Below are positions 1 through 10,894 of a stretch of 64,000 nt of DNA, piece after piece (positions within the stretch are counted from its first letter, which is position 1; every line of letters begins with the position of its first letter). A model generated the notes under the pieces. That model was not told the origin of the DNA. It saw only the letters and a list, made by a program, of their open reading frames with translations, and ran no database searches. Both the position numbers and the translations under genes were made by a program. This stretch comes from Malacoraja senta (Eukaryota), in assembly GCA_038087875.1 (NCBI GenBank), contig CM075992.1, forward strand, positions 9,984,001 through 10,048,000. Direction: 5' to 3'.

Positions 1-889
1 TACAATTCTTGTTATGTTAACAAGCCTTTGTTTGCATTGTGGGTGTTCATGCCACTTTCTTATTAAAGTCAGAATATAGTTTACCTTTCCCAAGCAAAGT
101 CCTCACAAGCACATGCACGATCAATGTGACTCAAAGCATTGAATAGTTTCAGAATTTGGAAAGACAATTTGGCTGATATTTGAATGACAAATCATTTTGC
201 ATTACAATCTCCTCTAACAGGCTGTTCGCGATCTGGAGATGAGTGAGTAGGTAATGTAACCAGGTATTGTACCAAGGGTTAGTATGAAGTGAGTTCTAAA
301 AAACACTGATCTATATCTAAACAAACAAATGTTATTTTAAACATCTTTTGATTCACGTACTACAAATGTTAATAGATTTTGAATTCTTCCTTGGCTACCT
401 GTTTAATCTACCTGTTTAATTATAGGATTAATTTGAGCATTAATAGCATATTTTTCAAATTATTGCAAATGTTGCAGGATATGAGATTCCACTTAACCTT
501 TTGTTTTTGCTCTGTTAGGTTTGTCCCCATGTCTGCAGTTGCACTGTTTGCATCATCTTTATCCTTTTGCCCATTATAAACTATCACAAAGAGTTTTAAA
601 CGGAATGTGCAATAGCGTCTGCTCTTAAAATGTTACAAAAATAGTTGCTGTGCTGTGTCGCTTTGGAGACAGTGAAAGATCTTTTAAAATCTAGAAATCT
701 AATAATTTGTTCAGTTAGCCAGTGATGACATCCGCGTTTACAGTGGGGTTGTTGGACTTGGTCTAAGGTAAGTGCATTTTTATTCAATGAAAATTGCAAA
801 TTGAATTTTTTTGAGGTCTTTGGAAAGATGATTGCTATAAATAATTTCTGCTTTCACAACATAGTCAGAAATCTAATAGTGGATCCACA

Positions 890-1072
890 CCATTTTCACA
901 CCTTGCCCTTCCATATCTCTCATTTCCCTCTCCCCTGACAGTCTGCAGAAGGGCTCGATCTGAAACGTCACCCATTCCTTCTATCCAGAGATGCTGCCTG
1001 TCCCGCTGAGTTACTTCAGCATTTTGTGTCTATCTTTGGTGTAAACCAGCATCTGCAGTTCCTTCGTACACA
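890..1072 (+). mobile_element. Penelope terminal-repeat (pLTR) fragment with degenerate hammerhead motif
   Basis: Contains gtctgcagaagggctcgatctgaaacgtcacccattcc…gagatgctgcc…cagcatctgcagttcc, the same sequence that terminates the GIY-YIG-coding elements elsewhere in the window. Confidence 0.75.
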
Positions 1073-1095
1073 CTTCTGGTGCATTTTAATTCAGT

Positions 1096-1412
1096 TTCGA
1101 GATACAGCATGGAAACAGGCCCTTCGGCCTACCGAGTCAATGCCGAGCATTGATTATCCATTCACACTAATTCTATGTAATCCCACTATCGCAAACACTC
1201 GCAAAACACAAGGAACAATTTTCAGAGGGCCAATGAACCTACAAATCCGCACGACTTTGGGATGTGGGAGGAAACTGGGGCATTCGGAAGAAACCTACGC
1301 AGTCACAGAGGGAACGTTAAAACTCCACACAGACAGCACTCGAGGTCAGAATGGAACCCGGGTCTCTGGTGTTGTGAGGTAGTGCACTACCAGCTGTGCT
1401 ACAGTGCTGCCC
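1096..1412 (-). mobile_element. tRNA-derived V-SINE (HE1-like)
   Basis: On the - strand it has A/B-box-like head, V-domain-like core and a gggccgaagggcctgtttcc-type tail shared with CR1/HER1. Confidence 0.75.
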
Positions 1413-2399
1413 TAATCAATAATTTGTACAGATGGAACACTCAGATGCACAGCTTCACATGATGCTATTCACTTATTACAAAATAATTTGAATACATAAG
1501 AATTTCATTGTTCTGTTTCGGGACATATGACATTAAAAACATTCTTGGCGCTTGAAAAGATAGCTGCAATCTTTAGGTAGTATTTGTTCCATTTACAGAT
1601 TTTACAGATTATATTATAAACTTTGCCATTCATTACTCTAAAAATCTATGTCATGGATATTTAAATTAAACGTTGGACACAAGTAAGATTGCAGTGTTTT
1701 AGAACAGAACTTCTCCACAAAAATATAAACTGCATCTGGCCGAATTCTAATGGCTGTTGTAGGTAAACAATTCAAGTACTCATATAAATGTATGCCCACA
1801 CTGTCTGCATGCACATAAGCCAACCCTGTGATCTGATTTTTTTAAATGTCTCCCAAATGATTCTGTGAAATGTTGTGGTCTCTAGTTAGCTCATCCTAAA
1901 AGGCTCGAGTTATCCCCATTTTCAAACTTGACACATTGTAAGTCAGTTTTAATGTGACTGCAACTTGTAGCTGTCTGCTAATTAGGAGGACCTGCCATTG
2001 CATTTTCATTATAGATTCAAGTTATCGTGATAAGGGATTGATTTAAGACCTGACAATAAATTAAGCTAATTTATCTTAAACGAAAGCCACATAAATCAAG
2101 CATGTTGATGAAAACAAAATAGTTAGATTCAAGATGGTCTATTATCTTTCAATAGATTTGCTTGATGACAAGTGACTGTTGGCAGTATGATTATTAAATT
2201 AAAAACTATAGCTGTCATCCTTTAATTCATGGCCAACAACACAAAATGCTGTAGGAAAGAACTGCAGATGCTGGTTTAAATTGAAGATAAACACAAAATG
2301 CTGGAGTAACTCAGCAGGACAGGCAGCATCTCTGGAGAGAAGGAATGGGTGACATCTCTGGAGAGAAGGAATGGGTGACGAGACCCGAAATGTCACCCA

Positions 2400-3856
2400 T
2401 CTATACTATTAGTAAAACTCATCTTGACCACTTCTGGTCTGCGTTGTTTTTAAATTTCCACAAAAACGGTACCGTATATCGCTAGGATATTTCGCCACCT
2501 TACTCACCGTTCTCCTCTGCTCCAAGCGCACCAAGTTCTGTTCCGATCAGTGGAATATTACAAAGGTTATGATGGTTTAAAATATCGTGAGATCAGCAGA
2601 TTCGTCTTCTTGCCTGTCAGTCATCATGAAGGTACCGACCCTTCCGGGGGCGAGGAGAATAAAGCCCCAGAGGCCGGGCGTGTGTCAGTCAGCCCTGAAG
2701 CCGTGAGTGAGAGTTGAGTCCGGAACTGTGAGTCCACAAGCCGTGAGTGAGTGAACTGTGAGTCCACAAGCCGTGAGTGAGTGAACTGTGAGTCCACAAG
2801 CCGTGAGTCAGTGAAGTGTGAGTCCACAAGCCGTGAGCAAGTGAACTGTGAATCCACAAGCTGTGAGTTAGTGAAATGTGAGTCCACAAGCTGTGAGTGA
2901 GTGAACTGTGAGTCCACAAGCCGTGGCTGAGTGAACTGTGAGTCCACAAGCCGTGGCTGAGTGAACTGTGAGTCCACAAGCCGTGGCTGAGTGAACTGTG
3001 AGTCAACAAGCCGTGGCTGACTGAACAGTGTCCACAAGCCGTGGCTGAGTGAACTGCGAGTCCACAAGCCGTGGCTGAGTGAACTGCGAGTCCACAAGCC
3101 GTGGCTGAGTGAACTGTGTGTCCACAAGCCGTGGCTGAGTGAACGGTGAGTCCACAAGCCGTGGCTGAGTGAACTGTGAGTCCAGGAGGCTCACCACCTC
3201 CGCCCACACACCCCCACCTCCCTCCCTCGCACACATCCCCCCCCCCCCCCTCAGCGACTGGCCTCGGCAGCGGCAGGCCACGGCAGCGCTCCCCCCCCAA
3301 CCAGCCCCTGCCTGAAGCTGTGCCCCTTCCCAGGCTGCAGGACACTCCCCCCACCGGCCCCTGACAGCCCCCGCCTGAAGCCGACCCCCTCCCCCAGCTG
3401 CAGAACGCAACAAGAGATGCAACAAGAAAGAATGGACTGAATACATCTCCTTAACGTTTAAATTGTTGTTAAATTTTAAGAGTTATTCACATTTGAAGCT
3501 TTAATAAATCCCTTTTCCACTTGCTGTGCCCGTCAGCTGCACCTGCGCAGTAATACCTGCATGTCTATGTCACAATGGGAACCCAATGGGAGGGAATGGC
3601 TGCGGGGCCAGGGAGCCGCTAAGAGTGGATGGGGGGGGATGAAGTGAGTGCGTTGGGGGGGGGGAAAGGGCAAGGGGCGGAGTGTGGAAGAGGGGGGATC
3701 AGGGGCGTCACAACAGGAACCCGTCAGCTGCGCCTGCGCAGTTGGGGGCTATGCGTGAGTGGTGGAATATTGGAATTGGTGGAGAGGTGGAATATTGCGT
3801 TGGGGGACCAGGCCTCCCATGTGAGAATGGGACCCAACGGGTCCCACTTATTCTAG
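2400..3856 (+). mobile_element. Non-autonomous Helitron inserted in a Penelope pLTR
   Basis: Starts TCTATAC after an A. Ends with hairpin gtgagaatGGGACCC-aac-GGGTCCCactta then CTAG. No TSD. The host repeat resumes (gtcaccca|…ttcttctctccagagatg). Confidence 0.85.
2700..3184. repeat. 30-bp minisatellite inside the Helitron (about 16 units)
   Basis: Tandem unit gtgaactgtgagtccacaagccgtg(gct/agt)ga. It explains the repetitive ORFs at 2624-3446. Confidence 0.95.
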
Positions 3857-4176
3857 ATTCTTCTCTCCAGAGATGATGCCTGTCCAGCTGAGTTACTCCA
3901 ATAATAAATGGTGTGTACTTGTGCTTATGAGAAATAATGAATAAAATGAAACAATGTTCAAGATGTAAAGACCACATTCCAATTCGTATTTAAATGCAGT
4001 TAATTAACTTTTCAGTTTCACATCATGATTAATTGGACAGCAGGAATTTCACCTTTGCGTATTTGATCGGATTGTAGGGCTATGTTGTTGCAACAAATAG
4101 TTTTACAACGAGGATTATACCTTGAGATTGAATTATGTGTGTCTAAGAATGACATTTTTGTTCTTTACTCATGCAG

Positions 4177-4261
4177 ATGTGATAGCAGAGAGAACGGTCG
4201 TTGATGGCTCTGCCTTGCCTCCAGTTGAAGCAGGTGAAAATATGCAGGACATGCCACATAA
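4177..4261 (+). CDS. ZNF653: ZNF653 internal coding exon (linker region upstream of the zinc fingers)
   Basis: Acceptor ttctttactcatgcag and donor AA|gtgagt. The 85 nt are open (xVIAERTVVDGSALPPVEAGENMQDMPHK), and the phase-2 end joins exon 19022 in frame (AA|A = Lys). The sequence is non-repetitive; its protein similarity cannot be recognised directly. Confidence 0.72.
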
Positions 4262-4817
4262 GTGAGTGTTAAGTTAATGCTTTGGTGATTAGGGCATTAG
4301 GTTTTCTTCTTGTATTATATTCCCAAAGAATCTCACGTTTCAACAAGCCTATGTTTTTAAAGTACCTATTGTATATTTACCTTGACTGATAAGGCAAAGT
4401 AGACAGCAATGACAATTATTAGTACTGTCGGGATCAACAATTCAGAAATATATGTTTATATTCAGGAATATATATTGCATCTTTTGCAATAGACATGTGG
4501 TTGACCACAATGCCCTATGCCAAATATGATGCCAAATGTAGATATTTGTACTGGGTTAGCAAGAGGGGTTTGTTGGCTTTAGATTTCAAGTGTCTGGGAC
4601 AACTGTGTGGTTTCCGTATCTAATTTCTTCAGTGATTTATCCTCGCATTAGATTTGCCCTGGTAGAATTGTCTGAGTCTTATTGAGTCTTGTATGTAGCA
4701 AGTGATGCTCGGGCAAGCGTGAAATAGCTCTGAGGACGTAACCCATGAATAGATTATTGACATTAAGCAATTGCAGTATGGTGAACAAAACAATTAAAAG
4801 CAGGGTTTTTTTTCAAT

Positions 4818-7800
4818 GGAAGACAAAAATACTGGAGAAACTCAGCGGGTGAGGCAGCATCTATGGATCGAAGGAAATATGCAATGTTTCGGGTCGAAAC
4901 CCTTCTTCAGACTGATGTGAGGGTGGGGGGGGGAGGGGGAGAAGAAAGGAAGAGGTGGAGCCAGTGGGCGGAGGGAGAGCTGAGAAGGGGAGGAAAAAGA
5001 AGGGCCTACCTGAAATCAGAGAAGTCAATGTTCATACCGCTGGGGTGCAAACTGCCCAAGCGAAATATGAGATGCTGTTCCTCCAATTTACGGTGGTCCT
5101 CACTCTGGCCATGGAGGAGGCCCAGGACAGAAAGGTTGGATTCGGAAGGGGAGTTGAAGTGCTGAGCCACCGGGAGATCAGTTTGCTTATTGCGAACCGT
5201 GCGGAGGTGTTCGGCGAAGCGATCGCCAAGCCTGCGCTTGGTCTCACCAATGTAGAGCAGCTGACATCTAGAGCAGCGGATGCAATAGATGAGGTTGGAG
5301 GAGGTGCAGGTGAACCTCTGCCGCACCTGGAAAGACTGCCTGGGTCCTTGAATGGAGTCAAGGGGGGAGAAAAAGCGACAAGTTAGTATTTCATGCAGTT
5401 GCAAGGGAAAGTGCCCGGAGAGGGGGTGGTTCGGGTGGGAAGGGACAAATTGACCAGGGAGTTCCGGAGGGAGCGGTCTCCGCGGAAAGAAGACAGGGGA
5501 GCAGATGGGAAGATGTGGCAAGTGCTGGGATCACATTGGAGGTGGCAAAAATGTCAGAGAATTATTTGTTGTATGTGACGGCTGGTAGGGTGGAAGGTGA
5601 CGACAAGGGGGACTCTGCCCTTTTGTTGCGAGTGGGGGTATGGGGAGTGAGAGCAGAGTCACCGGGTATAGAAGAGACCCATGTGAGAGCCTCATCTATA
5701 GTAGAAGAGGGGAACCCCTGTTCCCTGAAGAATGAGGACATCTCCGATGCCCTGGTGTGGAACACCTCATTCTGGGTGCAGATGCAGCGTAGACGGAGGA
5801 ATTAGGAGTAGGGGATGGAGTCCTTAGAGGAAGCAGAGTGGGGAGAAGTGTAATCCAGATAGCCATGGGAGTCAGTGGGTCAGTAGTATTATCACCTGCG
5901 ATGGAGATAGTGAGGTCAAGAAATGGTGGGGAAATGTCGGAAATGGTCCAGGTGTATTTGAATGCCGGATGGAAGTTAATGGTGAAATGGATGAAGTCAG
6001 TGAGTTGTGTGCGGGTGCAGGAGGTAGCACCAATGCAGTCGTCGATGTAGTGGAGGTAGATTTCGGGGATAGGGCCACGGTACGCCTCGAACAAGGATTG
6101 TTCGACGTACCCAACAAAGAGGTGGGCATAGCTGGGGCCCATGCGCGTGCCCATAGCTACGCCTTGTATTTGGAGGAAATGGGAGGAGTCAAATGAAAAG
6201 TTATTAAGGGTAAGGACCAGCTCCGCTAGGCGGAGGAGAGTATCAGTAGACGGGGTTTGGTTGGTTCTACGGTCAAGGAAGAAACGGAGGGCTTTGAGAC
6301 CCTCCTGGTGGAGGATGGAGGTGTAGAGTGACTGGACATCCATGCTGAAGATGAGGGAATGGGGGCCTGGAAAACGGAAGACCTGGAGTAGATGAAGAGC
6401 GTGGGAGGTGTCTTGAACATAGGTAGGGAGGGATTTAACCAGGGGGGATAGGATGGAGTCGAGGTATGTGGAAATTAGTTCGGTAGGACACGAACAGGCA
6501 GAAACAATGGGTCTGCAAGGACAGTCAGGTTTGTGGATTTTGAGAAGAAGGTAAAATCGGGCCGTGCGGGGCTGGGGAACGATGCGATGAGGTTGGAGGC
6601 TTGGGAGGGCAGGGAGCCGGAGTTGATGAAGTCAGTGATGGTGCTAGAGATAGTGGCCTGGTTCTCGTCTGCGGGGTCATGGTGCACGGATAAGTAGGAG
6701 GAGGTGTCTGATAGTTGGCGCTTGAGTTGGCGGGATGTCAGCGTGCCAGACTACCACGGCACCTCCCTTGTCGGCAGGTTTGATCACCCAGTCTGGGTTG
6801 TTGCAGAGTGAGTGGGGGGCTGTACGTTTGGGGGGGGAGAGGTTAGAGTGAGACAGGGGAGTGGAGAAGTTGAGACGGTTGATGTCCCGCCGGCAGTTTA
6901 AAATAAAATGGTCTAATGGTAGATGGCCATAAAGTGGAGTCCAATAGGAGGGGGTCCGTTGGAGACGGGAGAAGGCATCATCACTGGGGGGCGAGGACTC
7001 CTTCCCATGGAAGAACGCTTTGAGGTGGAGGAAAGGGAAGAAGAGCTCCACTGTGGCGGGCGCGGAGCTCATTGAGGTGGGGACGTAGGGGAAGAAAGGT
7101 GAGGCCTCTGCTGTGGACAGACCATTCGGTATCAGAGAGGGGGAGTTCAGGGGAGATGATGAACACACAGCAAAGATGGGGGTTGGGGCCGGAGGAAGGC
7201 AGGTGAGTGGACTGAGGTCGAGGCGATGTCTGGTGGGGGGGGGGGGTGGTGGGTGGTCAGGGAGGAAGGGGGTATGAGGACTATAGTGTGGGTGGGGAAG
7301 AGCTGGGGTCACATGGTATGAGGGGGAAGGGGAAGACCCCGTGGAACAACCACTGAGGTTCCCTGGGCTAGGGTGACTAGCACTAAGACCCAGCACAGTC
7401 AGAGCCCGTGATGTTAGAGTCTGCAGCGTGGAGACTTCAGGCCCGGTGCTGAGCCTAGGACTCGGGTAAGGCGACGGCTGCGGCCTTCTGGAGAGCGGTG
7501 GAGTGGCGAGGATTGGGAGAGTTGATGGTGGAGGCCCACGGGGAGTGTAGTCCGGGTCAGCGGGTGAAGCGTAGGACGTCCCGGTCAGCGGATGGTCGGT
7601 GAGGCGGCGAGATCCGGCGGTCCCGGTGAGGCGGCGAGGTTCGGCGGTACCGGTGAGGTGGCTATGTTCGGCGGTCCCAGTGAGGCGGCTATGTTCGGCG
7701 GCCCCGGTGTGGCGGCGAGGTTCGGAGGTCTCGGTGAGGTGGCTATATTCGGTGGTCCCAGTGAGGCGGCGAGATTCGGCGGTCACGTTATTGGTGGCGA

Positions 7801-9100
7801 TAGTCGGAGGAATCGGGGAGGTAGCGAGGGTCGGCATAATCGGTGAGGGGGCGATAGTCAGAGTTATCGGTGAGGCAGCGAAGATCGGCGTCATCGGTGG
7901 GCAGGTGAAGGTCGGCGGCAGCATTGACGTGGAGGTCGGTGTCCTCGGTGGTCCGGGCCTGAGGTCGGTCAGGGAGGCGGTGAGTGCTGGTGCTGCTCCT
8001 CGTGGCCAAGATTGCGTCGTGGGGCTCGGGCAGGCGGCGCGGGCCAGAGTTGGGGCCCGGGGCCTGCTGGTGGTCGAGTCGCAGAGTGTTGGTGGCAGGA
8101 GCGGCCAGGAGGCGGGCGAGTTTCAGGTCCTTGGTGTTAAGGTGGGCCAGGAATCGTTGATTGAAGATGTGGATCTTCCGTAGGATGAAGTAGAGTTGGG
8201 GTCTGTTGCAGGTCTGGGTGAGTGAGGCCTGAAGTTCCGGGAGAGTCAAAGCGAGGTCCTTCTGGTGTCAGCGCATCACAGCCAGAGTAGATCTCAGTGC
8301 CCGAAAGGAAAATTGCCGTGTATGGCGGCAGATAGCCCGTCGGTATCTATACTTCAGGTTGGGTCCGAACTGGGAGGTAGGGAACTGGAGCAGGAAGCCA
8401 TGAGGTACAAGATGGAGGCACAGGCATGTCCCGAGAAATCGAACGTGGCTGTGGTATCGGGTCTGGGTTAGGATGTGGTCGTAGAGTTGGAGGGAAGGGG
8501 GAATCACAGAGGGTGGGCAGTGAGAGAGGAGGTTGTGAAACTGTCTTCGGAGGGAGGAGGAGAACTTCTTCCAAGCTGGCATACCGTGAGGAGATTTCGC
8601 AGTGGAGTCGACAAAATGTTTAAGAAGGAACTGCAGATGCTGGAAAATCGAAGGTAGACAAAAATGCTGGAGAAACTCAGCGGGTGAGGCAGCATCTATG
8701 GAGCGAAGGGAATAGGCAACGTTTCGGGTCAAATCCCTTCTTCAGACTGATGTGAGGGGGGGTGGGGCGGGAAGAAGAAAGGAAGAGGTAGAGCCAGTGG
8801 GCTGAGGGAGAGCTGAGAAGGGTAGGAGAAAGAAGGGACTACCTGAAATTAAAGAAGTCAATGTTCATACCGCTGGGGTGCAAACTGCCCAAGCGAAATA
8901 TGAGATGCTGTTCCTCCAATTTACGGTGGTCCTCACTCTGGCCATGGAGGAGGCCCAGGACAGATAGGTTGGATTCGGAATGGGAGGGGGAGTTGAAATG
9001 CTGAGTCACCGGGTGATCAGGTTGGTTATTGCGAACCGAGCGGAGGTATTCGGCGAAGCGATCGCCAAGACTACGCTTGGTCTCACCGATGTAGAGGATC
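4818..9100 (-). mobile_element. Near full-length Penelope-like element (RT plus GIY-YIG endonuclease), frameshifted, with tandem pLTR structure
   Basis: ORF pieces: N-terminus (8268-8732), Pro-rich region (6677-7924), RT with QGVAMGTRMGPSYA and YIDD (5696-6343), and GIY-YIG NLIYCIRC…LYIGETKR (5006-5521). The endonuclease 3' part and terminal repeat are duplicated at 8617-9100. Confidence 0.93.
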
Positions 9101-9259
9101 ACCCATGTAGAATCTTTTTTTTTTTCAATGATTCATTAGTTCATCTAAAATGGGATTGCTCAAAATGGTTGGAAAATGTATAATTTTTTGGCTAAAGTAC
9201 AGCTTTGTTTAATCAGGCCTGGTTACACAGGCTGATTATTTACAAAGACAGACTGATGG

Positions 9260-9775
9260 TTTGTGCAGGAAAGAACTGCAGATGCTGGTTTAAATCAAAG
9301 GTAGACACAAAATGCTGGAGTAACTCAGCGGGAATGGGTGACATTTTGGGTCGAGACCCTTCTTCAGACTGATGTCAAGGGAAGGTGCGGGACATAGATG
9401 GAATGTAATCAGAGACAGTAAGACTGGTGGGAGAACTGGGAATGGGATGGAGAGAGAGAGGGAAAGCAAGGGCTATTTGAAGTAAGAGACGTCAATATTC
9501 ATACCGCTGGGGTGTAAGCTACCCAAGCGAAATATGAGGTGCTGGTCCTCCAATTTGTGCTGGGTCTCACTCTGACAATGGAGGAGGCCCAGGACAGAAA
9601 GGTCAGATTGGGAATGGGAGGGGAGTTAAAGTGCTGAGCAACTGGGAGATCAGATAGGTTAAGGCGGACTGAGCGGAGGTGTTCAGCGAAACGATTGCCG
9701 AGCCTGCGCTTGGTCTCGCCGATGTTCAGGAGTTGACACCTGGAACAACGGATACAGTAGATGAGGTTGGAGACC
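9260..9775 (-). mobile_element. Penelope 3' fragment (GIY-YIG plus pLTR)
   Basis: Encodes SNLIYCIRCSRCQLLNIGETKRRLG and carries the terminal repeat. Confidence 0.85.
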
Positions 9776-9784
9776 GATGTTTTA

Positions 9785-10090
9785 AGGGCCTGTCCCACTG
9801 TACGAGCTAATTCAAGAGTTCTCCCGAGTTTCCCCTGAATCGAACTCGGAGAATTACGGTAATAGCCGCTCGTAGGTACTCGGGGCTCTCGTGGACATTT
9901 TTCACACTGTTGAAAAAACTTCACGAGCTTACTGCGTTTCCAAAGTACCTGCTGTTAGCGTTACGAGCTGCTAAGAGACGTCCCGAGCTCCGACGTACCC
10001 GCTACGTACATTCTACGTACTTACCACGAGTTTGATTTTTTAAAAACTCGGTAGAACCCTTGGGTAAACTCGTATAATGGGACAGGCCCT
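9785..10090. mobile_element. PIF/Harbinger-type MITE
   Basis: TIRs AGGGCCTGTCCCA…TGGGACAGGCCCT with longer imperfect inverted arms. TTA TSD at 9782-9784 and 10091-10093. Confidence 0.88.
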
Positions 10091-10344
10091 TTATCGCTTA
10101 TGGGAAAGAAAATTGACGTCTAACATCCAGTTACAGATTTTTCATTTCAGCTTGGAAGTGGCAGGCAAAAAGGAAAGTTTTTTTTCTCCCTACAATTATA
10201 ACAATTTGATGAATGACAGGCTGAAGCCCATGTGGCTTCTGATCTGACCTCGGTCCTCCTTTGGTTGTATGCCCCCTCTCCCATATTTCACCCCCCTGAT
10301 TTCATCCATTTACTTCATACATTTCACTCACGGGCTTTCCCTTA

Positions 10345-10562
10345 GGGCTGGCACAATGGCATACCAGTAGAGCTGTTGCCTTACAGCACCAGAGTCTCGG
10401 CTTCAATCCTGACTACGGGTGCTGTCTGTACGGAGTTTGTACGTTTTCATGTAACCATGTCGGTTTCCTCCAGGGGGCTCTGGTTTCGTTCAACAATCCA
10501 GAAACATGCAGATTTGAAGTTTAATTGGCTTCAGTAAAAATTGTAAATTGTCCCTAGTATGT
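10345..10562 (+). mobile_element. V-SINE (HE1-like), 3'-truncated
   Basis: Head ggctggcacaatggc…tagagctgttgccttacagc…ggcttcaatcctgact followed by the V-domain. Confidence 0.75.
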
Positions 10563-10894
10563 ACGATTTAACTTCAGATGAAATTTCTTTGGAAAAATCT
10601 CTTAATAATCCAGACAGATAAGAAGTAATTTATTTAGTTTAGATTTGTGACCTTTATCCGTCCATACTAACCAAGATGCCCCATGAGCTAGTCCAATTTG
10701 TCCGTGTTTGGCACTATCGCTCTAAACCTTTCCTATCCATGTACTTGTCAAAATGTATTTTAAATGCTCTTCTCGTACCTTCCAAAGCAGCCCTACCATG
10801 AGGAACCTTATCAAAGGTCCATAGAGACAACATCCATAGAGACAACATCCACTACCTTGCCCTCATCAACCATTTTCAGTTACTTCTTCAAAAG

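Noticed and set aside
715..767. Possible 53-nt exon with strong AAG|gtaagt donor
   Set aside because: The acceptor is weak, the open frame ends in phase 2 (incompatible with exon 4177), and there is no recognisable homology.
2624..3446. Long repetitive ORFs (177-221 aa) and a CRISPR-like look
   Set aside because: These are translations of a spacer-less 30-bp minisatellite in a Helitron. There are no unique spacers and the context is eukaryotic.
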